A DNA stretch of 63,318 nt, counting the filler, from Choristocarpus tenellus KU-1152 (taxonomy: Eukaryota > Protista > Phaeophyceae), in the NCBI GenBank assembly GCA_964200185.2. It is 9 parts of 9 records of this genome, joined end to end, with 100 filler letters (N's around TTAATTAATTAA, not from the genome) between each part and the next. Parts side by side here need not be neighbours in the genome. Positions count along the whole stretch, not along the records: positions 34,733 to 43,482 come from CAXNAD020004370.1; positions 43,583 to 50,321 come from CAXNAD020007462.1; positions 50,422 to 55,553 come from CAXNAD020011773.1; 6 more parts are not named here. The stretch is one strand, 5' to 3'. Position 1 is the first letter of the stretch. Each line of letters begins with the position of its first letter. This document shows positions 39,800 through 51,390 of this stretch, in pieces. The notes beneath the pieces are model-generated. The model was not told the DNA's origin and did no database searches. It saw only the letters and a program-made list of their open reading frames with translations. A program made the position numbers and the translations under genes.

Positions 39800-41000
39800 C
39801 CCTGCCAGCCTTCGAGGTCATGTCGAGGTACTGTGCATGGCCACCCAATCCAGGCTGGTTTTCCACGACTGATAACCAGTCTACCTCACTTGTATGTTGT
39901 AGAAATTGAGAACCACAGTCGATCCACTGCTGCAGGGACGCTCCCCTCAGTAAGCAGGCATTGCAATCTATATTCTTCATCCAAAGTACTTTGTACTCTG
40001 AACTACAATTTTTTTTTTGAGAGTGACCCTTGATGGTGATGTCCACCCAGAGTCGAGATATCCAAATCATGATCAACACAACATACACATTTGCCCTCCA
40101 ACCTGGGTCTACAACATGGCCAGCGTCCAGGAACTAGCAAAGTGCAACCTCAACAAGGCACGGATCTAGTTCCTCGCGCTAGTCCAAGATGCCTCCAAAT
40201 ATTTTCATTATTGCAGGAAGCACCTCAAAAGCCGACTCAGTAGAACTACACCAAAGTCAATATCATTGTGCACAGGAGACTGGACAAGCTTGGCACAAGA
40301 CTTAGTACAAGCAAAATCCCAATGCTATGGCTCAACACAGGACATATTACAAGTATGAAAGTAACAATTAAAACATCCCTTACCCGAATTTTGGGTGCAG
40401 TAGAGTCACTACCTGTCATGCATAATATATTCAATACCCTCGTGTGTCCCTTTACCCTCCACAAAACCCTAGCCAATCTACGAAAAAATGGTTTCCTTGA
40501 GAAAGAAATAAGAGACGAACAATGCTCTGAGAAGAGCCTGTTCCTTGATGAAGAATGTAAAACAAAGTGATGGATGTTGGCATATCTGTCTAGGCTTGAA
40601 AGGAAATCGAAGCTACACAATATATCTGGTGTTGAGATTTCCGGATTTTCGTTTCTTCCAAATTCTTGTTGAATCTCACCCCTCAGAGCCTATGGGACAC
40701 CAAGCTATCCGGTATATCACTTTAGCAATTTACTCAAGTCTATCTGCAGATTCAAATGCAAACCCTGTGGCTCAATTACAAAGACAACTCACCTTCGCTG
40801 TCTGAATATAAAGTTCAACACCAATAACCCTTATCGCCAACCGATCAATTCGCGTAACTGCTTCAGGCAACTATGTGCGTTCAGATATGTCTCATGATGC
40901 AACGTGGTCACACGACTCCAAACAACTACTAAGGTTGGGCGAGTATTGCAAACAACACTACCCGGGCTTCAAATTCAACTTTCCTCACCACACACCACTC
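39800..41000 (+). mobile_element. Possible highly decayed retrotransposon pol remnant
   Basis: Fragments such as MLAYLSR and HQAIRYI, in different frames, weakly resemble gypsy RNase H. Confidence 0.25.
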
Positions 41001-41771
41001 TACACAGAGTGATCACATAACAATGGAGTATTAGCCCAACTATTACTATACTTGGTATGGTCTTTGCAACTGAGGCCTAGTCGTTGATAAATTTCTATAT
41101 TTAGTTTTGATTCTTGAACCCGCAGCACGTAGTGGCTGTGAGGAGTGCAGTGAGTTAAAGAGATTATTAAGAGTTCATTCCTTGTGAGAGTGGAAAAAAA
41201 ATAAAAAGGACTTGCACTGTGCTGTTGGTTCCAAGAATCGGTTGGATTGTCTCCATCTTTTTCTTTGGGAGAGGGCTTAGGATGTTGAGATTGAGGATGG
41301 AGGTTGCAATAAATAGAAAACTTGTTTTCAGGCAGGTTGCAGAAGATTCTAACTAATACATATTTCCTTGCTTTTAGGGAGCAACTCCTTGCCATTATGT
41401 TGGGGCAGTTCTCAAGAATAAATGGTGCTCACCCTTAGGTTTGGATAATGGTCTGACAATGACTTGCTATCACCGCTTCAGATCCACTCCAACCTGTGGC
41501 AAGCTTTAAGACGGTGTTTAGTGCATATGGCACTTGCGCCTCATTTAAACTAGTACTCCACCATACCATACAAGCATGATGGGGCTCTGGTATCATCAAC
41601 GTTAGGAGCAGATTGTTCTCAGCCACTTCTCAGGTAGCAGTCAATCCTACCTTGGGCAGGAGCTTTCTTACACACAGTGAACCTCACAGCCAATTTGAAG
41701 GAGAGGTACCTAGATTTTAGCTATTTTGCATTTTAGGCCACTTTTTAATCTTTTGCATTTCACCCTTATTT

Positions 41772-42588
41772 CTACAGATGAAGTGCTAAGAGTGAATTAA
41801 GAGCATCGAGTTCTGTATTTGTTCCAGGAATTTCGACAGAATCCGGCAAAGTCCCTGTCAAATATTTGTACAATTCGCTGAATTTTGTGAATTTGTCAGC
41901 ATTTAAAAAAGGCAACCCTGGGTACCTCTCGTTTACCTTGGCGGTGAACTGATTGCAACTACCAGAAATCTCGGAGGCACAGTATGTGGAGCTCAACACC
42001 ATATCATTGCTGCCATTAAATCGCTCGTGAAAGCATATCCTTGTGATCAAATCTTGAAGAAGTGGACAACTGATAACATGCATATACTTTTTTTCGTTGT
42101 TCAAAGAACAACGCAGGTATTTTTCTGCTCAATGCCTTAACCCACATTATACAATTGTGTACCGCTATTGGAGCCTTTTGTATTGCACAAGGACAGTTTT
42201 TGGGGGTGAGATGAAGCGCCCTTTGGGCTTCATGGACGTGCGACTGTAGCAACCCTAGAAAAATCGATGTCCGTCTCTGGGGTGGTAGGTCACTTACTGG
42301 GATCATTGTTTGTGCTTTAAATCGCGTGCATGACCGTGGGTGGCACGATCTCTTCGTAAATCTAAAGGTAGTAGTGGTCTGACAACGAACTCTAAACGAT
42401 TTATTGATTACTCGCAATCTCTTCAAACAATTATAATGCAGGTGGTAGAAGAGAGAGGTGTGGAACACAGTATTCAACAAGGCATCCAAATCGTCAAACG
42501 GACGATTTTGAGGCGAATCATAGATTCCCGTTATACAGATATTGGGGGGATGGACGGACCAGTATGAAGTTTTGAGGTATACCTCCAA
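41772..42588 (-). CDS. Unknown intronless ORF pair (190 aa + 110 aa, overlapping, likely one frameshifted ORF)
   Basis: Long open frames in AT-rich DNA with an ATG at 42588. Weak F-box-like LKRLRVINKSFR. No firm homology. Confidence 0.3.
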
Positions 42589-45459
42589 TATATATATACA
42601 TGTTTTGATGACATATATTCAATACGTAATTCTGTCAGCAGTTTATTTCATGGTCGTAGTGTTACAGTCATAACAATGTTCTATTTGTATTAATCCTGTG
42701 TGGAAAAATGATATTTACGAGTAGTTACAATATAGCTACTAGTAAGACATAACTTATCACACAGACATATAATCTCTAACCCCCCCTCTCTCCCGCTCCA
42801 TCAGCAATATGCAGTAGTTGCAACAAGTACATGAGAATGCCGCACAACTGCTCTGGTCTTGGTAGTGTTTCGTGTAAGACAGATCAGGGGGGTTCCGCCT
42901 AGTCTTCTGTTTGACTGGAGCGACTTCTAGCTTCATCTTCTTCTTCTCCCTATTCTTCCTCTCATGTGACAGCCTACCTTGTTCTGCTGCCGTTGCAACT
43001 TTCCTCCAGTCCTCTCCACAGGGTGACCCCCGGAAATGCTTTTTCTGGTGTCACCCTATGTGCCACGACCACATCTTCCCCCTCTCTGTCATTGACTTGA
43101 GGCTTCACCCCCACCCACCCACAGCTCAAACATGTGTCAGCACATCTCTGACTGCACTGTTGCAAAGTTGAGGTCTCGGCATGTTGTGAGCACCCCGCAA
43201 CCACGATCAACTGTAGCAGCTCACCTTTTCCTCTCCCAGTTGGTGGAGATTGGGGTGACAGAATGGTGCCAACAGTTGGAGCAAGGAAACGGACGTGGAA
43301 GCTCTAATATTGAAAAGTGCTTCTGCACCTTAGACAAAGTCCAACCTACAGTGTTCATCACATCTGCAGGTTCAAGTTCTAGCTTAGCTTGATTGAGTCA
43401 GCATTGTGGGGCTCAAAGTATCTGGGAGGGGGTGGCGGCTGTCCATTTGGGGTCAATTTTTTCATGTCGCGATTTTTTAGGTNNNNNNNNNNNNNNNNNN
43501 NNNNNNNNNNNNNNNNNNNNNNNNNNTTAATTAATTAANNNNNNNNNNNNNNNNNNNNNNNNNNNNNNNNNNNNNNNNNNNNTTTAGTATGTTAATTTTT
43601 TGAAGTAATTTGAATTTTTCTGAAGTTTATTTACTCAAGGTATCTTGTGGTGGGGGGGGGGGGGTCTACGCCAGGGTGTCCATTTGGTCCCTGACCAGGA
43701 AACGTGCACTAACATTATCCATCTGACACATGCAACCAAATCACTCGAAAATTGCGACATGGAAAAATGGACCCCAAATGGACAGCCGCTAACCCCCCCC
43801 AAGAAAATTTGAGACTATTTGGCGTACAAGGCATGAAAAGTTAAGAGAGCACACACAAGCAACATGGTGCATTCTGCAGTGGGAAGACAAGAAATATTAT
43901 GAATATCTGCATGTTACTGTGTGTGAATGATCTTCATGGATTTATTCATTGATATTTGGGTCACTGAATAATTTAAGCACTGAAGTGTTTTCTGCTCAAT
44001 CACGTACATTATTTCTACAAGTCTCTATACAGGCCGCCATCTCCCCATCCACCTCTTCGTCCACATCTTTCTCCTACTCTCCATCACCATCATCTCCTAA
44101 TTTCCTCCTCAATCTCTATCAACTCAATAATGCCATCCTCTGCCCCAGGGGGGACAACGATGTTCCCCACCCTCAGGTCGCTCTACTCATTCTCCACCGC
44201 CACCTTCAGCTTTAAATTGTTCATCCGACCACAATTTGCACCTTCACTCAAGGCTAACAAATCAGCCTTCTTCTTCTTGTCCCTTAAGGGCATTCGGCTT
44301 CTTGCCTACCTTTCGAACTTTCACTTCCCAATGAGCCCGTCACAAAGTTCTCAGAACCCCAATTGTGACACCCCTATGCAGAATTACTCGTGTCTCGTGA
44401 ACGGCTTTGAACTGTAATGATCTAAGACCATGGGGCACCCCTCACAATACCCAAGTACCTACTACATATGGAAGAAGAACCCGTTGCTTCATTGGGCATC
44501 AAGGTCGAGATTATTCCCAACCTGATATAGGTCAATCTCAAAACTGACCTCTCAACTTCTAAGCTACACTGTGCAACCTATTTGGTTCTGATCTTTCCAA
44601 TGACCATTCATAGTCGATATATTGCGACGGTTGACTTTCACTTGTCATAATCCAAACTACTGTCACTCCTGCCAGTAAAAGTAGTCGGAACCAACCCATC
44701 TGTCATATCTGCATGCAGGATTACATGCATCTCGTGAACGATTTTGAAAAGCGGAAAATCTCACATAACCCGAATTTTGAGATCCCAGACTTCCTCATGG
44801 GAGAATCCGTTGGTTTATTTGAGGTCATTAGGTTAACATCGTGTTACGGCAAGCTCCAGAAGCTTACCTCTACAGGATGTATAGCTCCAGTCCACAAACC
44901 TATAGATGACGACGATGCACGTACAGGACCCCTAATGCACAAGTCGTCAAGTATGCTGGATCTCTCGCTTGGATTATTCCCTCCATAAGTATCAATATCA
45001 TCATATAAAAGGAACCGGCAACTATGTACCAATTGGGGGCATGATAATAACTAAACATTTTTTTTTTTATCAAGAAGTACAAATATATAAAATCTAGGAC
45101 TTCAAGGTCATAATGGTGTTTATGAAACCCCCATCAAGACATATCGCCTCCAACATGCCCCCCTAGCATGAAACATAACTGCTTCGATGTGATAAACAGG
45201 CGATTGAACAAGGAAACATATTGTAATCCTTATCTTATCATGAACGTAGCAGAAATGAAATGAATGTCATTTCCAGGTCCTAACATATCAGTAGGCAGCG
45301 TTGGGGATCCAGTGGAGGAGGAAACCTGGAGGAAAACCCCCCTTCCAACGCTTGCCCTGACAGCAGCTGTGCTAGTATGACACTCGCACCTCACAGCACT
45401 CACTCTGCGTCTGACTAAAACGTCCAACAGAAAACCTCATACACCAGAGTCTGACACAC

Positions 45460-46270
45460 ACGTCGAAAGTAGGGCATTGTCTAAAAATACTCCACTATCC
45501 CTAAGCTTATAAACACAAATACAGACACAAAACCATAGTAGCACTGAACTTGGGTACTGCCATAGGCTTTCCCCCTCCAGAACTACAACACAGCGACTAC
45601 AGGACACCAAGACAATGTCTCAAAAGAGATTGAGTGCTGCCATGGAAAGGCTTACCATCCCTAGGAGCTATGAGCATTTAAAAAAATACAAACGTCTTAC
45701 AATAAAATAAAATAGGGAGTGTCTCAGACACAAGTCTCTCCCTCTTTTCACAACTAACAACACAAATTAATACAGGCACAAAATTACAATAGCACTGAAA
45801 TAGGGAACTGTCATACACTGTCCCCCTTCGCAATTATAAACACAAACTACAGGACACCAAGAGAGTGTCTCGCACTCACACACAAAAAAAGGTATTGCCA
45901 TAGAAAGGCTTGCCCTCCCTTCGAACTAAGAACATATAAACAAAAAGTCTCAAAATAACATAAAATAGGGAGTGTCATAGCAAGACTCTCCCCCCTCACA
46001 AATATCAACACAAATTAATATGGATACAAAATCACAATAACACTGAAATAGGGTGCTGCTACGGAAAGACTTATCCTCCCTAGGAACTATGAATATACTA
46101 AAAATGAAGACAAACGTCTTACAATATCATCAAAATAGGGAGTGTCATAGCAAGACTCTCCTGCTTCACACCTATCAGCACAAAAAATACAAGACAAGAA
46201 TAATGTATCAAAATACAGACAAAAATGTCTAAAAATCACATAAAATAGAGAATGTCATAACAAGACTGCT
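45460..46270. repeat. Higher-order tandem repeat (~60-bp monomers, ~250-bp period)
   Basis: aaaatagggagtgtc at ~45710, 45962, 46132 and a variant at 46242. actacaggacaccaaga at ~45596 and ~45845. Confidence 0.85.
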
Positions 46271-46739
46271 CACACTGGTTAGAATGCGAAAAGGCAGACA
46301 TGCTATTCGCCTGTAACATGCCCCCAAGGGTGAACTAGGAATGCATGTTTCACACTTACCACAGGCGATTATCACGGGTCAGGACAATAAATATAATCCA
46401 TAACCTCAAATTGTGCTGCGGCAGCATGTATTAATTGCCACTTGGTGACATATCGCCTGTAACACATTGCACTCCTTATTTGACCGCCCTAAAATAGGCG
46501 GCTTAGCTTCTAAGCGCTACTGTCCAACCGTCAGGAGACGACATATATGTACACCCGTGGACACCAGGATCTCGTACTTTTCAATGCACTTCTTATCGTC
46601 AATATTTTTGTGAGGGTTTCGTATTGATCAGCGAAATGTGTGCAAAATGAAATATTTTACCTCTCAAAAAAGTGAAAACGTCGTGTACTATTTTTTTAAT
46701 GTTCTTACTTGTTTGTACTTTTGTCTTTACATAATATTT

Positions 46740-47210
46740 TGTTGACGTCGAGCCCCCTACAACAACAAAGACCTTCTGCTAGATGTCACCTTCGCAGAGG
46801 TACAGGTAACCTCCCACCTAACCCACTCATCCATCAGCAATGGTGTAGCTGCTGCTGCAGCTGAGGCGCGAAAGAGCACCCACTACGTGGGCTCCTTTGA
46901 TCCTTGTAGATATAACCTCAACACCTTTGCAGTGGAAAGTTTTGGGCGCCTCAGCAAGCAAGCGGAATGCTTCCTGAATGAGCTGACTACTCACATGGTA
47001 GGGGGGAGAGGAGCGGGAGGATATAGCAGGAAGAGAGTAGTTAAATCCCAGCTACGCGAAATTGTTTCGGTGACTACGCAAGTGGCACTGTCTAGACGTG
47101 TCATGCGTTTTATGCTGGAATCACCAGGGAGATGGGCACGGAGGGGTTTATTGTATTCTTGGGATGCCTCCCTAGCTCCCCCCCCCAGGACACAAATATA
47201 GGTAGATTGG
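46740..47210 (+). mobile_element. 3' end (restriction-enzyme-like endonuclease) of a CRE-like non-LTR retrotransposon
   Basis: LLDVTF...AAAAAEARKSTHY...FAVESFGRLSKQAECFLNEL...LREIVSVTTQ matches the REL tail pattern (DVT, E-x-x-K-x-x-x-Y, E-S/T-x-G). Confidence 0.8.
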
Positions 47211-47349
47211 AGACACAGGAGGGCAGTAATATAACATAGTGGTGAAGCAATAAACTAGGGTTTTTCACATTTTTGATATTTTATTTCTTTAGGGTTTGTA
47301 CTGACAATGTGTATAGTTTTCATTGATTTCCCCCTAACACATCTGGAAG

Positions 47350-50321
47350 ATGTCAGACGACGATAGTAGCAGGGAGAGGGATCCGCCCCTACACGGCTAC
47401 AAGGAGAAAGAGGCAGGAGAGGAGGTAGCAAGAAATATTACCGGGTTTCAAAGGCCATCCTCCCCCAACAGGGACCCCAACCCACGCCCATACCAACAAC
47501 CACGTCAGCTCGCACCAGAACACTGTGCGATATGTTTTTCCGAGATACAACAGTCAGTACTCCCTTTCTCCTGCATACACTCACTGGATCTGGGCTGTGC
47601 CTCGGCTCTATCTATACCTCCACGCCAAATCCCTACATCCCATCCCGTGCCCCACCTGTTGTACCCCTACCAGCCCCAAACACTACTACGCCACCATAGA
47701 GGGGAGTGTGGGAACCGAAGCAGTGCTGGAATCCATCCGCTCACAATCGTTTTCCACCCCTTTTGCCATCCCACCATTCCGCCTACTCTCCATCCCACGC
47801 CCCCACGCCCCAGCCCCTCCTCCTTTTTTCTCTCTCTGCCCTGGCTGTCTAGAGCCTCTCCCCTCAGACCACCAAGGCAACCCTTCCCTGTGGGTGCTCA
47901 CTCCACCTCAACTGCATGGGCAACCTCTGCGAAGATGCCAACCACCCTCTCACATGCTCCTACTGTGAACCACACTTACCCATCCCCACACTTTCCAATT
48001 GCACCTACACCTACACCACCCTAACCACCCAAAGATCACCTCCTGGGGGGCTCATAACCCGTCTGAATAATGCCACTGCATCCCAAATCCACCTTTTTTC
48101 ACCACACAATATCCCAGGCCAAAACTCACACCCCACCCACCCCACTCCACAGATCGGAGCACCCCCTACCCCCACACCCCAGCCCACCTTACCCCCTCCT
48201 CCACTCCAACCCATTTCACCCCACCTCCTACCCTAGTCACCACCACCACCATCACCTGCCCCCACTACCTCCTCCTCCTCCAAAGAAAATCTAGGCCACC
48301 TACCCCCACATTCACGTCTGCCTTGGGGGGTCCATACTCCAAGTGTAGCAGCTGCCCTTGACGAAGTCCAGATGGAGACCCTGGAGCGGGTAAACATCAC
48401 CACAGTGAAGAAGGTCCTAGGCAGGCTTCGCACTGCCCATGCAATTGCCTTCATGCATACAGTGGATCTCCTGACACACGAGGTAACTGCCCCAAGGCTG
48501 GAAGGGGGGACACCAACAATAGGGGTCATCAGAGCATCCAAACTCTTCCACATGATCTCAGGCCTCTTACTGACAAATGATGGAAAGTTCTCGAGGGAGG
48601 AAAGGTTACCCGGGTGGCTTCAGGGAACATCCAAGAACTAGTTGCATGGCTACTAGAACGATCCCAGAGGACCAGCAGACGTAGGGAGGCCCCTGGAGAG
48701 GACCCCAAGTCCCGACAGGAACGTGCTACAGCTCTGGGTCACTACCATGGAGGATTTTCCAAGGAAGCGAGCGTGCTTCTAGCACAACCCAGAGCCCCAG
48801 GGACGGAAGAGACTTTCAATATATACTGGTCCCTAAAACACCCGAGTGAGAACCAAGATGAGCTTAGGCAGGCCATCACGGACGCAAAAGACAGGGTACA
48901 AGGAAATGCAAGATCTGGGGAACAAAGGTACTCCCCCCCTGAAGGGGAGTACGCCCCCACCTCCCTTCGAAAAGCCGTCATGAGGGCTAACAGCAACTCG
49001 GCACCAAGCCCTGATGGGATGCTGTTCCCAAGCCACATCAGATCAGCCATCACGACAGACGTTGGTCACGAGGAAGTGGCAGAGGTGTTTGCAAAACTAT
49101 CCTACACCTCGCCGGACTCCCTACCCCTAGAGTTCTGGACACTCCACACCAAGTCCAGACTGTCCGCAATTGGGCAGAAGTGTCGCCCAGTTGCCTGTGG
49201 GTCTTTTTTCAGGAGCACATGTACTTCAGGTTTCTGCACAGACTGGGGCCCCTACCTAGAGGAATTTTTCGGGGGAGTAGGACGTCGGGGTCGCAAATGG
49301 CATTAAACGTGCACTCCTGGATATCCGCCTAAGGAATGAGTGCGGAGAATAGGTCATCAGTCTGGACGGAAGGAATGCTTTCAACAGCATACGTCGCTCA
49401 GCCTTCATCCAGGCCCTCCCAGAGACCCTAACCAGGACTCCTACCTTATGTCTCTAAGGTGCATGGGAACACAAGGAATCTTCTTTTCCCCCTAGATGAG
49501 GGAGGGATAGAGATTCTACCATCGAGATCTGGGGCCCAACAGGGGGACCCACTGGACCCCCTCTTATATTGCATGGCAACACATAAGGCCTTGCAACAGA
49601 TCCAATCAGTCTTCGGACCCCAAGGGGTTTCCTCCCGGAGCTATCTGGATGACACGTCCATTTCGGCGAGGGGGGTCAACCCTATCACCATAGCTGCTTT
49701 CGAGCAGTTAAAAACTAATCTCTATAAGGTAGGCATCAACCTAAACATGGACAAGGCCTTTGCCGCACACCCCCAGAGCCATTAACCCACGCCCTCGGAA
49801 CTAGAGCTCCTCTCTACAGCGGGAATCAACCTAGCCCCGAACCCCAGTGGTTTTGACACTCTAGGGGGTCCAGTAGGAACAGATGACGTTATTCGAGCTC
49901 ACATGGCGGAGGTTGATCGAGAGCTCTGGGACACGAGCTTTAGCCACACACCTCAGCGAGATGGAGGACAAGCAGGTAACCTGGTTCTTTAACTCCTGGT
50001 CCCTCTCCCCCCGGCTAGGCTATCTTGTGAGGGTCACTCCCCCTCTCCTGGCACGCTCCACCATGGAGCAAGCATATAATACCTCCTTATGGACACTAGA
50101 GAGGATAATGGAGATAGCCGACTTGACAGAGGCAACAGATTTCTTCGAGGGAGGGTGCAACAATGGTTCTCTCCGCCTAGAGACCCATCAACAAGTATAT
50201 GCACAGATGCCTACAAGTACGGGGGGTCTGGGCCTCTCCTCTATGAAGCACCGCCAACATGCGGCTTTCATAGGATCACTGGTGGCTACTCTCCCCACCC
50301 TCCTAGCAAGGAAGCAAGGGC
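47350..50321 (+). mobile_element. CRE-like non-LTR retrotransposon ORF (Cys-rich N-terminus + RT), frameshifted and cut by contig end
   Basis: RT motifs SAPSPDG, CRPVACG, DGRNAFNS, GAQQGDPLDPLLYC, SYLDD, GINLNMDK, LGGPVG and GGLGL. ATG at 47350. Several frameshifts and stops. Confidence 0.92.
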
Positions 50322-50887
50322 NNNNNNNNNNNNNNNNNNNNNNNNNNNNNNNNNNNNNNNNNNNNTTAATTAATTAANNNNNNNNNNNNNNNNNNNNNNN
50401 NNNNNNNNNNNNNNNNNNNNNACGTTACGTGAATGATGTACGGGCTACCAGGGAAATGGACAGGCTCGCATACGAGAAGTGCGGTATGCACGAGCTCTGG
50501 GTCAAGCGCCATTATGAGGAGAGGAAGGCGGAGGTGGCCCAACTTCTGCAGAAGGTTTCATCTGGTGACCAACAGGCGGGGCCCGTCCGCCAACTGAGGG
50601 AAAACATCCCCACGATTGTCGAAATGAAACCTCTGCAACAGATCAGAGCCGTGAGTGTGCCTCCCATGTTCGTAACTACAGCTGAAATGGCTTGTACCGA
50701 AAAAATAGTTGATGCTTGGTAGGATTGGTTGTGGATCTTCTTCGTGATTCTGTGGTGACAAGGTTGCCTTCCATACTACAAACTTTGCTGTTTTGTCAGT
50801 CCTAGTCTTTCGCTGCTAATAGCGGGAATAGCAAATCGTTTTCTTCCACAGTAGAAAACGATCTTGGTCAATCTCCACCTCGTTTCT

Positions 50888-51150
50888 GAGTGAAACTATC
50901 TTAGAGGGTAGGAATTTTTCCCTGTTTGTTCATTATTTGTGGGATTGGCTTCCCATGGGTTTTCTTATGTCATTTTCCGTCAATATCTATTCTTTGGAGT
51001 AGGTTAAATGTGTACGTTATGAAAGGTGTGTCCGAAACATAGATAATGACACTTCCTAACAAACACGATAGCAAAAATTACATCAAAATCACAACATTGT
51101 CTTTGGACCCCCAATTGGACGAAGCTCTAGTTTCTAATATACTTTGGCTC
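50888..51150. mobile_element. MITE family A copy
   Basis: GAGTGAAACTATCTTAGAGGGTA ... ATACTTTGGCTC; flanks ttct/ttct. Confidence 0.85.
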
Positions 51151-51390
51151 TTCTGCCTCAAATACGCGTCACTGAAAAAAAATGTATATGATTGGCGTCC
51201 TCGACATTGACTTGTTTCAAACTATTTCGCCCCGCAAGCCGCCTCCATTAAACACGTTCACCACGTCAACCATATCGTTTGCCCTGCCCGATTGACATGC
51301 TATCGTACTTCCATTACACTCTACCATTTTTTTACGTCACCACCGTCCCCTCCTCTCCTCAACGACGTCCTCCACCGTCTCCACTACTAG

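Noticed and set aside
45460-46270. CRISPR-like array of hairpin repeats
   Set aside because: The intervening sequences are related to each other, the repeats are degenerate, there are no cas genes, and the context is eukaryotic.
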